The notes: generated by a model not told the origin, from the sequence alone. A DNA stretch of 64,000 bases from Nitrospirota bacterium (GCA_963703955.1 CAVPGK010000010.1:160001-224000); one strand, 5' to 3'; counted from the first letter of the stretch, positions 1 through 10,900 are shown. Numbers and translations are program-made.

Positions 1-234
1 GGGGTCGGCACGAAGCTCCTGATGTTGCTGATTGAGGCCGCCCAGCAGAGATTTGCAGCACTTTCGCTCAGCGTGCGTATCGACAATCCCGCCGTCAGGC
101 TGTACCGTCGATGTGGGTTTGAACCTGTCGCGGGGAGTGAGGTAGTCAATCGGGTAGGTGGACGATCCTGGACGATGCGACTGGCGTTGAGCGGAACGCG
201 GCCTGACTCTCAACAAGGGGCAGGAAACCGCTAG
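1..234 (+). CDS. GNAT family N-acetyltransferase, 5'-partial
   Basis: Frame is open from base 1: GVGTKLL (end of motif A), then LSLSVRIDNPAVRLYRRCGF (motif B). Confidence 0.85.
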   Translation, partial: GVGTKLLMLLIEAAQQRFAALSLSVRIDNPAVRLYRRCGFEPVAGSEVVNRVGGRSWTMRLALSGTRPDSQQGAGNR

Positions 235-465
235 TCAGGTGCGTCTGAGTGATGGACCGTCTCTTCTCTTCGACCACCGATCTCTTAGACGTCGAACAGG
301 ATGAGTTGACGTCAGAGGTGGGGTGGTCCGAGGATGGAAACCTATAGGAGAACGAAAAATCCCCTTGCCGTGATCAAAAAGCCGTCTTCTACCTCATAAG
401 GATGCATGGTATAAGGATGCAACGGGTCGAGTAGCGTGAAGTATGACTGCAATGGAGGTGAACGC

Positions 466-2139
466 ATGCGGGTTATCACCAAAACGCTGTTCTTATTCAT
501 TCTTCTCACTGTCTTTGTAACTTTCTCCTACGCCGGTTCTACAAATCACAAGACCGTAGTCCAGCCTGAGACGGTCCCGCTCTTCGACAATCTCGGCACG
601 CTGCATCATCCCATCACGACTAGCAATCCGCTGGCTCAGCAGTACTTCGATCAAGGGCTGCGCCTCGTCTATGCGTTTAATCATGAAGAAGCTATTCGCG
701 CGTTTGAGGAAGCGGCTCGAATCGATCCCAACGCCGCCATGGTGTACTGGGGAATCGCCTACGCGTTGGGTCCGAACATCAACGCGCCCATGGATCGGGC
801 GCAAGAGCGAAAAGCGTATGAAGCGATTCAGAAAGCCAGGACTCTCTCGGAAAAGGTCAAACCACAAGAGCGCGCATACATCGATGCGTTGGCGGCGCGC
901 TATTCGGTCGTGCCGGACGCCGATCGGAAGACATTGGACACGGCATACGCCGAGGCGATGCGGAAGGTATCGCAGCAATATCCTGACGATATGGATGCGG
1001 CAACGCTTTCTGCGGAGGCTCACATGGATCTTCGCCCCTGGGATTATTGGACGCTCGATGGGCGTCCGCATCCGGGCACCCTGGAAATCGTTGAGGGTCT
1101 CGAAGCAGTCCTCAAACGGAGCCCCGATCACATCGGCGCCTGCCATTACTACATTCATGCGGTTGAAGCGTGGCAGCCCGAGCGCGCCCTTCCCTGCGCC
1201 GAGCGCCTGCCCGGCCTTGCCCCAGGCGCGGGACACCTGGTCCACATGCCCTCGCACATTTATATCCGGATCGGGCGATATGACAAGGCGGTAGAACGCA
1301 ATGCGCATGCCGTGTCGACGGATCAGCATTACCTGGAAGGCCGCCACCTCTCCGGGGTTTACCCCGTCGGCTATTACCCACACAATATTCATTTCCTCTG
1401 GGCCGCCTTGACCATGCAAGGGCGCAACGCCGAGTCCCTGAAAGCCGCGCGTGATCTGATGGGAGCTGTGTCGCTGGACGTCGTGCGTCAGGTGCCGGAG
1501 ATGGAGTTAACCGTCCCGACTCCGCTGTTCGCGCTGGCTCGCTTCGGACGGTGGGACGACATCTTGCGCGAACCGTCTCCGCCAAAGGATTTGAGCTATA
1601 GCGTCGCGCTTTGGCACTACGCCCGCGGACTGGCGTTGACGGCAAAAGGACAGGTTGACCAGGCTGAGGAAGAGCGCCGCAAGCTGGATCAGATCGCGGC
1701 AGCCATGCCGGCGGAGCGAACCATCGGACTGAATTCAGCCGCGACGCTGCTGCAGATCGCCTCGCATGTACTCACCGGGCAGATCTCGGCCAAGCGCGGC
1801 CGAACCGATGAAGCGTCCCATCACTTCGAGAAGGCGGTCAATCTTCAGGACGGGCTTCGCTACTATGAGCCGCCCGATTGGTACTATCCCGTTCGCGAAT
1901 CCTTAGGGGATCTGTTGCTTTCCGCTGGACGTGCGACCGAAGCCGAAGCGGTCTACCGTGAAGACCTCAAACGAACGCCGGAAAATCCATGGTCTCTGCA
2001 TGGTCTCGGGCAGAGTTTGCGGAAGCAGCAGCGCGAGGGCGAAGCCGCCGCAGTCGAAGAGCGTTTCCGCCGCGCCTGGTCCCATGCCGATCTTGAGTTT
2101 CACCCGTCCCGCTTTGAAGCGTTCCTCGTCGCCAAGTAG
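466..2139 (+). CDS. Secreted TPR-repeat protein with His-rich motifs
   Basis: RBS GGAGGTG before ATG 466; signal peptide; TPR-like helices (AQQYFDQGL..FNHEEAIRAF); motifs HYYIH, HLVHMPSHIY, HNIHF. Confidence 0.8.
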   Translation: MRVITKTLFLFILLTVFVTFSYAGSTNHKTVVQPETVPLFDNLGTLHHPITTSNPLAQQYFDQGLRLVYAFNHEEAIRAFEEAARIDPNAAMVYWGIAYALGPNINAPMDRAQERKAYEAIQKARTLSEKVKPQERAYIDALAARYSVVPDADRKTLDTAYAEAMRKVSQQYPDDMDAATLSAEAHMDLRPWDYWTLDGRPHPGTLEIVEGLEAVLKRSPDHIGACHYYIHAVEAWQPERALPCAERLPGLAPGAGHLVHMPSHIYIRIGRYDKAVERNAHAVSTDQHYLEGRHLSGVYPVGYYPHNIHFLWAALTMQGRNAESLKAARDLMGAVSLDVVRQVPEMELTVPTPLFALARFGRWDDILREPSPPKDLSYSVALWHYARGLALTAKGQVDQAEEERRKLDQIAAAMPAERTIGLNSAATLLQIASHVLTGQISAKRGRTDEASHHFEKAVNLQDGLRYYEPPDWYYPVRESLGDLLLSAGRATEAEAVYREDLKRTPENPWSLHGLGQSLRKQQREGEAAAVEERFRRAWSHADLEFHPSRFEAFLVAK

Positions 2140-2160
2140 GCATGCGGCAGGAGGTGAATA

Positions 2161-3567
2161 ATGATACGCGGCATGTCGGGTTTGTGCTGGGTTTGCCTTT
2201 TCGCGTGCACGCGCTTTCTAGCCGGGTGTGCGACTGCGGTTACCTTTACGGTGAACACGACGCAGGATCTCCATGATACCAATGCCGGGGATCTTCAGTG
2301 CGTCGCCGATGAGTCCGGAGATCTGTGTTCACTGCGGGCGGCCGTGGAGGAGGCCAACGCCTTTACCCCTGGCACCGCGCACATTGTCATTAGCGTTCCA
2401 GCCGGGACCTATAGCCTCAGCGCCGAGCCGGAAGTCCAGCTGACCCTGAACGCGGGCCGATTCATCGAAATTCGCGGTGCATCCCCTGCGAGCACTATCG
2501 TGCAACCGGAGACGGCACACTCTGCAAATGACGGACGAGCCTTTCACATCCTCGGCAGTCTGATCCGGCTGGAAAACCTGACCATTCGCAACGGCAAGGT
2601 GCAAACCGGAGAGGGATCTGGTATTGGCGAACCTGGTGGAGGCATTCTGATTGATGGCCCCGGGTACGGGGAAATCAACCACTGCATCATCGAAAACAAC
2701 GTGGGGGGGCATGGCGGGGGGATCTATGCAAGAGGTGGAACGGGCGGCACACTGTCCTTGCTCTTCAGGGATACCATCATTCGCAACAATGAGGCCAGGT
2801 CTGCGGGAGATAGTCGTCACGGAGGCGGACTCTACGCACACCCGGATGTCGATTTCTTACGACTCACGCGCGTGACCATTGCAAACAATCTCTCGGATGG
2901 CGTCAACGCTGGTGGAGGAGCGTACTTGAGGGCGAAGACAGTCGAGATCTGGGATTCTTCAATCACTCAAAATGTAGCCGGTCACGGTGCCGGTCTCTAT
3001 GTGGACGACGGCGACCTGTTAATCGGGCGAAGCACGGTCAGTGGAAACACGCTTGGAGGCGGCATTCGCCTTGCGGCCGGTGCACATTTGACGTTGCGCG
3101 ACGTGACGATCACGGACAATGAGGTTCATGAAGAGATTGGGGGAGGGGGCGGGGTAAATGCGGTCGGTGGCGACATTTCGGTAACCATCCGGAACAGCAT
3201 TCTTGCCGGGAATCGCCGCGGCAATACGCCTTCGGACTGCAACGGCACCATTACCTCCAACGGCCATAACTTCATCGGCTCGAATCTGGACTGCACGTTC
3301 CAGAGTCAAGACAACGATCAAATCGGCACTGCTGACGCGCCGCTCAATCCGCACTTGCAACCGCTTGCGTTGAACGGGGGTCCCACAATGAATCATGTGC
3401 CGGAATCGGACAGCCCCGTCATCGATGCAGGGTCCGGGTGCGACAACGTGGATCAACGAGGACAGGTTCGTCCACGGGACGGGAACGGCGACAATGTGGC
3501 CGTCTGCGATATCGGGGCGGTTGAGCGCCAACCGGGACTAGGCATCGACCCAGGCGGGCGTCCATAG
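2161..3567 (+). CDS. CSLREA-domain right-handed beta-helix protein with choice-of-anchor Q-like C-terminus
   Basis: FTVNTTQD..CSLRAAVEEAN; repeated GGGI/N-rich motifs; LALNGGPT..SPVIDAG..DQRG..CDIGAVE tail; RBS AGGAGGTG. Confidence 0.85.
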   Translation: MIRGMSGLCWVCLFACTRFLAGCATAVTFTVNTTQDLHDTNAGDLQCVADESGDLCSLRAAVEEANAFTPGTAHIVISVPAGTYSLSAEPEVQLTLNAGRFIEIRGASPASTIVQPETAHSANDGRAFHILGSLIRLENLTIRNGKVQTGEGSGIGEPGGGILIDGPGYGEINHCIIENNVGGHGGGIYARGGTGGTLSLLFRDTIIRNNEARSAGDSRHGGGLYAHPDVDFLRLTRVTIANNLSDGVNAGGGAYLRAKTVEIWDSSITQNVAGHGAGLYVDDGDLLIGRSTVSGNTLGGGIRLAAGAHLTLRDVTITDNEVHEEIGGGGGVNAVGGDISVTIRNSILAGNRRGNTPSDCNGTITSNGHNFIGSNLDCTFQSQDNDQIGTADAPLNPHLQPLALNGGPTMNHVPESDSPVIDAGSGCDNVDQRGQVRPRDGNGDNVAVCDIGAVERQPGLGIDPGGRP

Positions 3568-4488
3568 TGCGACTGGTATATCAGGCGAAATGTACTCGTA
3601 GCCTGGGGGACCGCAGCTCTGCTATCAGCGCTCTCCGTCGGTCGTCCGTGGGTGTTGAGCATGGGCCAGCCAGCACAGGCGGCGTAGAATGGAGCGGGCT
3701 CGGACCTACTCTCACACGGGAACAGTATTCTTACAGGAAATAGACGGTTGGGTGGAGTGGCGGAAGATGCCTCCAACGGCCATCCCAGTATTACATCCGT
3801 CGGTCACAATTAGATCGGCTCGGATCTGAACTGCACAATTGAAAACCAAAACCGCTCGGTGGAATGGCAGCCGGCTACGATCCAATGGGGGGACGTCATG
3901 GGTTCTGCGGCAGCCGCGTCCGAGTCGATGAAGACACGAACCTGCGGCAACAAGACCGTCGTACCGGGAAGATGTAACAATACAGCCGAAGTCCAAAGCT
4001 CTGGTTTCTTTATGTGCATTCCCTGGAGAAAAGATATGGTCTCGCAAATCGTTACATCGACGCGATTCTTACTAGCCATCTGTGCATTTCTGTTTACTTT
4101 TCCAAATCATCGAGGCAGAGAGCGCTCCACCTTCTCTCTTTTACTCACTCTTGTCCATAAATCACAGTAAGGAGAGCTGTTTGCGTCGAGCGCACGCAGC
4201 CGTGGCTTCAGAGGTGGCGGGACAGATCACCAAGCGCGCCGACGACGTCGCGCTTGTCAATGACGACTACAACCTCGCCGTGCATTGCCGAAAGACCGGC
4301 GACAAGACAAGTTTTGTGACGATTATAGTGGCTCACCGATCGAGTTTTAATGAAGCTAAGGGACTTGCCTTGAATATTAGGCGCGGGATGGAGACTGGCG
4401 TATTCGAATGAGCGACGCTGGCTCGTGCGATATCGGAGCGCTGGAGCAACAACCGGGACTTGGCATTGATCCCGGCGGGCGTCCGTAG
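3568..4488 (+). pseudogene. Decayed paralog of the upstream CSLREA/beta-helix gene
   Basis: 3718..3852 reads GNSILTGNRR..ITSVGHN*IGSDLNCTIENQN versus RNSILAGNRR..ITSNGHNFIGSNLDCTFQSQDN in the intact gene. 4426..4488 encodes CDIGALEQQPGLGIDPGGRP*, 18/20 identical to the intact C-terminus. Confidence 0.8.
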
Positions 4489-4539
4489 CGCTATCGCTGA
4501 ATTAAAGGCGAAATACCTTACAGCTGTTTGGGAGGGGGC

Positions 4540-5295
4540 ATGTTTGCACAACCCATATCCCGACCCGTTCCTGCTATGACCGGCATAGTCTTGTCCTGCC
4601 TTCTGGTATCCTGCGTCGCTCTTGAGTTCGACCGCATGGCGGGGACGGCGTTCCCGCCGGCGCAGATGGTCAACGGCCAACCGGTGACCTTGGAAACCAT
4701 TTACAACGAAACAGGAATTAGGTTGGATGTGGAGCAGGATGAAACGGCGATTCAGCCGCTCAACATTCCGGAAGAAGACTGTATCAGCGATGCGGAACTC
4801 ACGACCTTGGAAAACGGACACCGCCACCTTTCGCTGTTCCCGACCTCCATCTGCCCCTTTCTGTTTTGCAACACGTATCATTTGTATGGCGCGGTTGTGA
4901 ATCACTACGGTGAGCTATTGGACACATGCATTCCAGAATTTATCCTGGGCAAAATGTGGCAAGGACACACCCGGTCGGCCTTTGCCATTTTCTATCAAAT
5001 GAACACCATTCAAACCAACGGCGCGGAATACCTGCGCACGACCGCGCATGAGGTCGGTCATGCGTTCAACCTCCATCACAGCGACGGCGATGGAACCTCG
5101 ATCATGACTCAAACCGACGACCTCGTCGGCGAGCCGGTATTTGCGTTTTCGAATCAGAGCCGGGAGCATTTGCAGAATCATCCGGCTCAATGCAAGTTCC
5201 CAGGCGCCGTCGGCGGCGCCCCGTTCACATGGGTGATCAACGAGCATGCAGCATGGTTTGAGCATGATGACGTAACGATCACAACCTGTGAGTGA
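4540..5295 (+). CDS. Secreted zinc metallopeptidase (metzincin)
   Basis: HEVGHAFNLHH (HExxHxxxxxH) followed by the Met-turn SIMT; hydrophobic N-terminus. Confidence 0.8.
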   Translation: MFAQPISRPVPAMTGIVLSCLLVSCVALEFDRMAGTAFPPAQMVNGQPVTLETIYNETGIRLDVEQDETAIQPLNIPEEDCISDAELTTLENGHRHLSLFPTSICPFLFCNTYHLYGAVVNHYGELLDTCIPEFILGKMWQGHTRSAFAIFYQMNTIQTNGAEYLRTTAHEVGHAFNLHHSDGDGTSIMTQTDDLVGEPVFAFSNQSREHLQNHPAQCKFPGAVGGAPFTWVINEHAAWFEHDDVTITTCE

Positions 5296-5343
5296 GGTTG
5301 AAGGTGTTCCGTGGACATTGTCCGTGAGTCGCATCAAGGAGAC

Positions 5344-6285
5344 ATGAAGCGCGTCGTTGCGTGCGCCGTCATAGGGTTGTCTATGCTGCTGTTTTTCGGT
5401 CACGGGCTTGCCGAAGAACAGCAGGCCGGCGCCTCTCTTGAGCTGAGGCTTGAAGTCGGAAAGACCAACCTGCTCCTAGGGGAGCCGGTTTATGCGGCGG
5501 TCCGGCTCATCAATGTCGGCACGACGCCGGTGGAGGTCTTCAAGGCGCTCGACCCGCAAACGGGTGACGTGCACATTGAAGTCTCAAACCCTAACAGGCC
5601 TCGTTTTGTGTTCCTGCCGTTGTTTTATGCCGATGCCGTTGACGCTCGGAAGCCCCTTGCGCCGGGCGAGGAAGTCGCCGCGGCTTTTCCTATTTTTTAT
5701 GGCGCACTGGGATGGACGTTTCGCCAACCGGGGAGCTATAGCGTGACCGCGAGTTACCGAGATTCAGCTCGAACACACAACAGAGCCGTTCGATCGAACG
5801 GCGTGATTGTCTCGGTCGCAGACGAAAGCGGGCTTGGCGCGTTCCTGATGAACGACTCTTCTGCCAGTGATGAGGCAGGAAAATTTCTTCTGTGGCAGCG
5901 GGGGGATCATCTGCAAGCAGGACATGCGCTCCTGACCGATCTGCTCAAGACTTTTCAGAATTCACCGGTGGCGGATTATGTACTCCTTGCCTTCGGCAGA
6001 AATCTGAGCCGCAGTTTTCGCAATTATGCAGTCGGCCGGATACGCCAACCCGACTGTGCGGCTGCTTTGGCTTACTTCCAAAAGGTGCGGTCCGACCGAC
6101 TCCCGACCTTTCTGCAGATTCAGAAAAATTTGGATGAAGCTCGGTGTCTCATCAAGATGTCGCAACCGAACCAGGCCGGAGAGTCAATGAATCGGGCCGA
6201 GCAATTGGGTGGTGGCCGCCAGGAGTTCCAGCCACTGTTTCAGCAAGCCATGCGTTTAGAACCAGCTCTGAAGCAGACTCCATAG
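5344..6285 (+). CDS. Secreted protein, Ig-like N-domain plus helical C-domain
   Basis: RBS AAGGAG; signal peptide; beta-sandwich pattern LELRLEV..GEPVYAAVRLINVG..PGSYSVTASY. Confidence 0.65.
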   Translation: MKRVVACAVIGLSMLLFFGHGLAEEQQAGASLELRLEVGKTNLLLGEPVYAAVRLINVGTTPVEVFKALDPQTGDVHIEVSNPNRPRFVFLPLFYADAVDARKPLAPGEEVAAAFPIFYGALGWTFRQPGSYSVTASYRDSARTHNRAVRSNGVIVSVADESGLGAFLMNDSSASDEAGKFLLWQRGDHLQAGHALLTDLLKTFQNSPVADYVLLAFGRNLSRSFRNYAVGRIRQPDCAAALAYFQKVRSDRLPTFLQIQKNLDEARCLIKMSQPNQAGESMNRAEQLGGGRQEFQPLFQQAMRLEPALKQTP

Positions 6286-6317
6286 TTGTTGAAATCATGG
6301 TGTCACGGTTCTGGCAG

Positions 6318-6518
6318 ATGCAGCAACGTATCATCGGCTTTCATCAGGATGAGCACGGTGACTGGGTAGCCGACCTCGCTTGCGGGCACGGGCAGCATGT
6401 GCGCCATCAGCCGCCGTTCGTCAGCCGGCCGTGGGTGGTCACCGAGAAAGGCCGGGCTGGACATCTCGGCCGAACTCTCAACTGCAAGAAGTGTGAAGAA
6501 GAACCAACAAGGAATTAA
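6318..6518 (+). CDS. DUF3565-family protein
   Basis: IIGFHQDEHGDWVADLACGHGQHVRHQPPF..RPWV..LNCKKC matches the family pattern. Confidence 0.8.
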   Translation: MQQRIIGFHQDEHGDWVADLACGHGQHVRHQPPFVSRPWVVTEKGRAGHLGRTLNCKKCEEEPTRN

Positions 6519-6550
6519 AGAATCAGTTGGAATGACTAGGGAAGGAATCC

Positions 6551-6823
6551 ATGGCTGACATCACAGTTACCCACATTGGAGAGACCACATTCCAAGTAGG
6601 GGTTCAGGAAGGCGCCATCCGCACGATCCATCATGTGACGGCCACCCCCGCGGATGTGGAGCGATATGGCGCAGGCGCCTCTGTGGAGCGGCTTATCAAA
6701 GCTTCATTCGAATTCCTGCTCGAACGCGAACCCAAGGAATCCATCTTATCCGCGTTTGCCCTCCCGGTCATCGAGCGCTATTTCCCGGAGTACCCGAAGG
6801 AAATCCGCAAACGGTTGGCGTAA
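6551..6823 (+). CDS. Conserved hypothetical protein
   Basis: RBS AAGGA; recognisable conserved segment SFEFLLEREPKESIL..F.L.VIERYFPEY. Confidence 0.75.
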   Translation: MADITVTHIGETTFQVGVQEGAIRTIHHVTATPADVERYGAGASVERLIKASFEFLLEREPKESILSAFALPVIERYFPEYPKEIRKRLA

Positions 6824-6872
6824 ATCTGTTCTCGCGCATCAGGCATTCGTTCCCGGCGGATACCGTATAAGC

Positions 6873-7538
6873 GTGCGTCGAAGGATTGTGTACGAGCTGC
6901 TGGTCCTTGGCGGGTTATCGAGCGCTTTTCTGCTGCTGTTTCCCAGACGCCCGGTTGCCGTCGATGCGGGGCTCGCTCTGCTCGCTGGGAGTCTGCTCCT
7001 GCTCAACGCGAAGGACACGCGCACGAATGTTTGGGGCCCACCTCCACCCGGCCCGGACTGGCTCCGCCGGCGACGCTGTATTGCGAGTACAATGATTCTG
7101 ACCAGCGTAGCGATGGTGCTGTTCCTGTTGACGGGCATTGTCATAGGCTACCGGGAAGGCGGATGGACCGCGGTTTCCGGTAGAATTCTCAATGGGAACC
7201 TCCTGTTTGCCGTTCTGTTGTACCTGCCGTGGACACTCCTCCAACAGACACTCTTTCAGTTCTACCTCCTTGGAAGGATTCGGGCCCTGGAACCCGCGCT
7301 GCGTCCGCTTGGTCATGCTGCGATGAACGGCCTGGCGTTCGCTCTCGTCCATCTGCCAGATATCGGGACTGCCGGCATGGCCGCGCTCGGAGGCACAGCG
7401 TGGAGCCTCCTTTATCTGCGCTATCGCCTCGTGTGGCCTCTTGCCTTTTCCCACGCCCTGGTGGGCTCGAGTTTCTTCTATTGGGTCAAGGGGCGGGATC
7501 TTGCGTTGGAATGGGTTCGGGCCGTCACTAGCCTGTAG
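6873..7538 (+). CDS. CPBP (CAAX/Abi)-like intramembrane protein
   Basis: Several TM helices; FALVH and SHALVG motifs; motif 1 reads QQTLFQ instead of EExxxR. Start approximate. Confidence 0.65.
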   Translation: MRRRIVYELLVLGGLSSAFLLLFPRRPVAVDAGLALLAGSLLLLNAKDTRTNVWGPPPPGPDWLRRRRCIASTMILTSVAMVLFLLTGIVIGYREGGWTAVSGRILNGNLLFAVLLYLPWTLLQQTLFQFYLLGRIRALEPALRPLGHAAMNGLAFALVHLPDIGTAGMAALGGTAWSLLYLRYRLVWPLAFSHALVGSSFFYWVKGRDLALEWVRAVTSL

Positions 7539-7540
7539 CA

Positions 7541-7938
7541 CAGAGCGCTGCTGCCAAGCATGGCCCGTTCGATCTCATGTTCGAGGCTACCGGCTATGCC
7601 CCGATCGTCTTCGAGGCGATGGAACACCTCGGCAAAACGGCGTGTTGATTCTCTCCAGCGTCACCGGTGGAGGTCGGAACGTTCAGGTTCCGGCCGACAT
7701 GATCAATCCGGGCTTCGTGCTCGGCAACAAGGTGATGGTCGGAATGTTGAACGCGAACCGGGAATACTTCGAGGCGGGTGTCTACGATCTCTCTCGTGCG
7801 GAATTGGAATTTCCCGGCTGGCTTTCGAAGTTTCTCACCCACCCCGTCGATGGCCTCGAAAATTACGCCGAGATGATGCGGCTGCTGACGGAAGAAAAAG
7901 GGGCGATCAAGGTGTTCGTGAACGTGGCAAAAGAATAA
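7541..7938 (+). pseudogene. C-terminal fragment of a zinc-dependent glucose 1-dehydrogenase (MDR family), frameshifted
   Basis: GPFDLMFEATGY..AMEHLGK, then a frameshift at the AAAA run (7634..7637) into NGVLILSSVTGG..VLGNKVMVG..NANREYFEAG..AIKVFVNV. N-terminal catalytic half is absent. Confidence 0.75.
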
Positions 7939-7977
7939 GGGGATAAGGGCGAGGCAAACCTGCTACCGTCGGTTGTG

Positions 7978-10900
7978 CTAGAAAACCATGTGGCCCTTGA
8001 TGTCGTCAGGTATGCCCGTTTGAGCAATGCGCTCAGCGCTAGGACTCTTTGAACGCCTGGAGTTCCGTATCGCTTCGAGTGCCTTTCTTAGACCTTCTGC
8101 AACAGCGTACCAGGCATTGCGTTGGGGGGCAGTATCGCGCACAGGTTTTCCCTTGGGCGGCAAGACCTGATATTGGGCCAGCGGGGTCCGCTCCCAGTTA
8201 CATTTCTCCAGAATCACGGAAACCAAGGTGGCCTGACCGGCCTCGGCTTGCTCGAGCGCGTGTTTGACTTCCACACCCTGTATATAATCGGATGCTTCAA
8301 ACTGAGCGCTCAGAAGGAAGAGGATGACATCAGCCGCTTTCACTTCTTCCCGAATGCGTCCGTCCCACTTTTCTCCTACGATCAGGCAGCGATCGCTCCA
8401 GACAGCAAGCAGTCCTTCGCTGACCATTGGTTTGAGTCGAACGAGCAACTCGTCAAGCTGTCGGGCATCTTTGCTCGAATAGCTGACGAAGAGTGTGGCC
8501 TTCCACTCGTTTGGATCCCGGGCAATTGGGGCGGACACGCGGTTCAGTTCGCGCGAAGTATCGACTGGAACCGTTCCCTCTCTTGTTTGGGCTGAAGAAT
8601 TCTGACGATTCCGTTCGTCGGCTTCGAGGGTTTGGACCTTGACATACACGCCCGGCTTATCCTCAAGCTCAATCTCCTCATCCGGGTTCAGTCCCTGGAT
8701 GTCGTCATGAATCCGCTTCAAATCTGTGCGGATAAGGCCGATCATTCGACGGCGGTCAGGGGGATGGCCCTGCACAGTGACGGTGACTTCTCGCTCAGCA
8801 GGGTCCCCACGGACCAATGCTCTGCAACTACCGTCGTCCAGCACCACACCAGTCATCCACCGAGGCTGCCCTTCGCTGAGGGGATAGGTTCGGGTGATGA
8901 ACCGAGGCAGCAAGCCTTCAGGCAGAGCGGCATAGCGGTAACGCAACCGGGTCACGTCCGAGCTTCGCCATTCCGCATTCAGCTTCGGTTGCTGATCGGG
9001 AAGACGCTGAGGAACAAGCCAGCGGTCGCCTGCCTCCGTGAGGGGGAATGCTAAGTCAAACCGACGCATCAGTTCGACGAGGTAACGACGCATCTGCGGT
9101 TTTTCCTTGGGAAACACTCGACTCACATCCCGCATGTGCATCTCGCCAGTTCCGTCGGATCGAACAGCCTCGCGCAGGAGGGTGTACACGCCGTTGGTGA
9201 CCCACTGAGGATTCAAAATTGTGGCCTCGCGCAGGCGGGGATCATCCGCATAGTTCAGCGCCACGCCAAGGGCGTGAAGCACCGCAGCGAGACTCTCCTG
9301 CATCGATTCGTCCGACTCTCCGAACCGTGCGCAGAGCGTTCGGTAATCACTATAGTTGAGGTAATCTTCCTTGATACCCTCGAGTTGCTCCTTGATCGCC
9401 CACCAGGCTGAGGGGAAAGGTTCTTGAACCGCGGGTAGCTCGCCGATCGTCTTCGCAAGCGTATCCTTCAAACGAGCGATGCCCTTCCCCGACTGGCAGT
9501 CTGTTTCGACAAAGTCGACGATGAATGGGTACTTCTCGTTCAAAGCATTGCGATCCAGCCGGCAAGGATGGCTCGCCCACTTATTCAGGGCCACAATGAC
9601 GGGTGAAGGTTCGTTCGTTGCTCGGTCTGTTCCGAACGCCTGAATCAGTCTCAACCAATATTCGGCATCGGTCCGCTCACTGTCTTCGCGCCCAGTCAGG
9701 ACCAAGATGTACACGCTGCGTTGGGTAAGAAAGAACTGATGAGTCGCATGGGTGATCACTTGTCCTGCGAAATCCCACGTATTGACGTTGATGTGAGCAT
9801 GTCGGCATGGCAAGTGCCAGCGCGAAATCGTAATTCCCTTTGTCTCCCTCAGGCCCTTACTAAAGGGTTGTCCACGAAGCGCTCGAACAATCGACGTTTT
9901 GCCGGCGCCGCCGCGCCCGACCAGCAACAGCTTCACTTCGTTCAACGGACGGCTCTTCTGCTGTTGGCGAAAGTAATAGTCAAGAATGGTCTTGGGCTTG
10001 GCTGGCTGCTTTTGCTCATAGACCACTTGTTCATAAGTTGGCCCAAGTACCTCCGGAGCCAAACGGAGCCCAGGGTTACCATGCAAAAACAGGTGACTGA
10101 GTGATCCGAGCTGCCTCAGAGTCGCCGGCAGATTCGTGAGCCGGTTGTTGCTGAGATTAAGCGTTGTGAGCTGGGTGAGCTGGCCGAGGGTCTCCCGCAG
10201 GGTCGTCAGTTGGTTGTCGCTGAGGTGAAGCTCTTTGAGCTGGGTAAGCTGGCCGAGAGCCTCCGGGAGGGTCTCCAGCTTGTTGTAGATGAGGTCAAGG
10301 TAGTCGAGGTGGGTGAGCCGGCCGAGCGCGTCCGGGAGCGTCGTCAGTTGGTTGTGGTTGAGGTGAAGCGTTGTGAGCTGGGTAAGCCGGCGCAGCGCGT
10401 CCGGAAGGCTCGCCAGTCGGTTCGACTTGAGGGAAAGCGTTTGGAGCCGCGTGAGCTGGCCGATGGCCTCGGGGAGAGTCGTTAATTGGCTGTTGTCGAG
10501 GTTAAGTTCTCTGAGCTGGGTGAGCTGGGCGAGCGCGTCTGGGAGGGTCGTCAGTTGGTTGCCGCTGAGGTGAAGCGCTGTGAGCTGGGTGAGCTGGCCG
10601 AGGGCCTCCGGGAGGGTCGTCAGTTGGTTGCCGCTGAGGGAAAGCGTTGTGAGCTGGGTGAGCTGGCCGAGGGCCTCTGGGAGGGTCGTCAGTTGGTTGT
10701 CGTCGAGGCCAAGCGCTGTGAGCTGGGTGAGCCGGCCGAGGGCCTCCGGGAAGGTCGTCAGTTGGTTGTCGTCGAGGTAAAGCGCTGTGAGCTGGGTGAG
10801 CTGGCCGAGCCCTTCCGGAAGGGTCGTCAGTCGGTTGCCGCTGAGGCCAAGCGTTGTGAGCTGGGTGAGCTGGCCGATCGATGCGGGAACTTGCTCAATC

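Noticed and set aside
396..421. Direct repeat ATAAGGATGCA x2 upstream of the TPR gene
   Set aside because: Real but only 11 bp in two copies; a regulator site cannot be distinguished from a small duplication.
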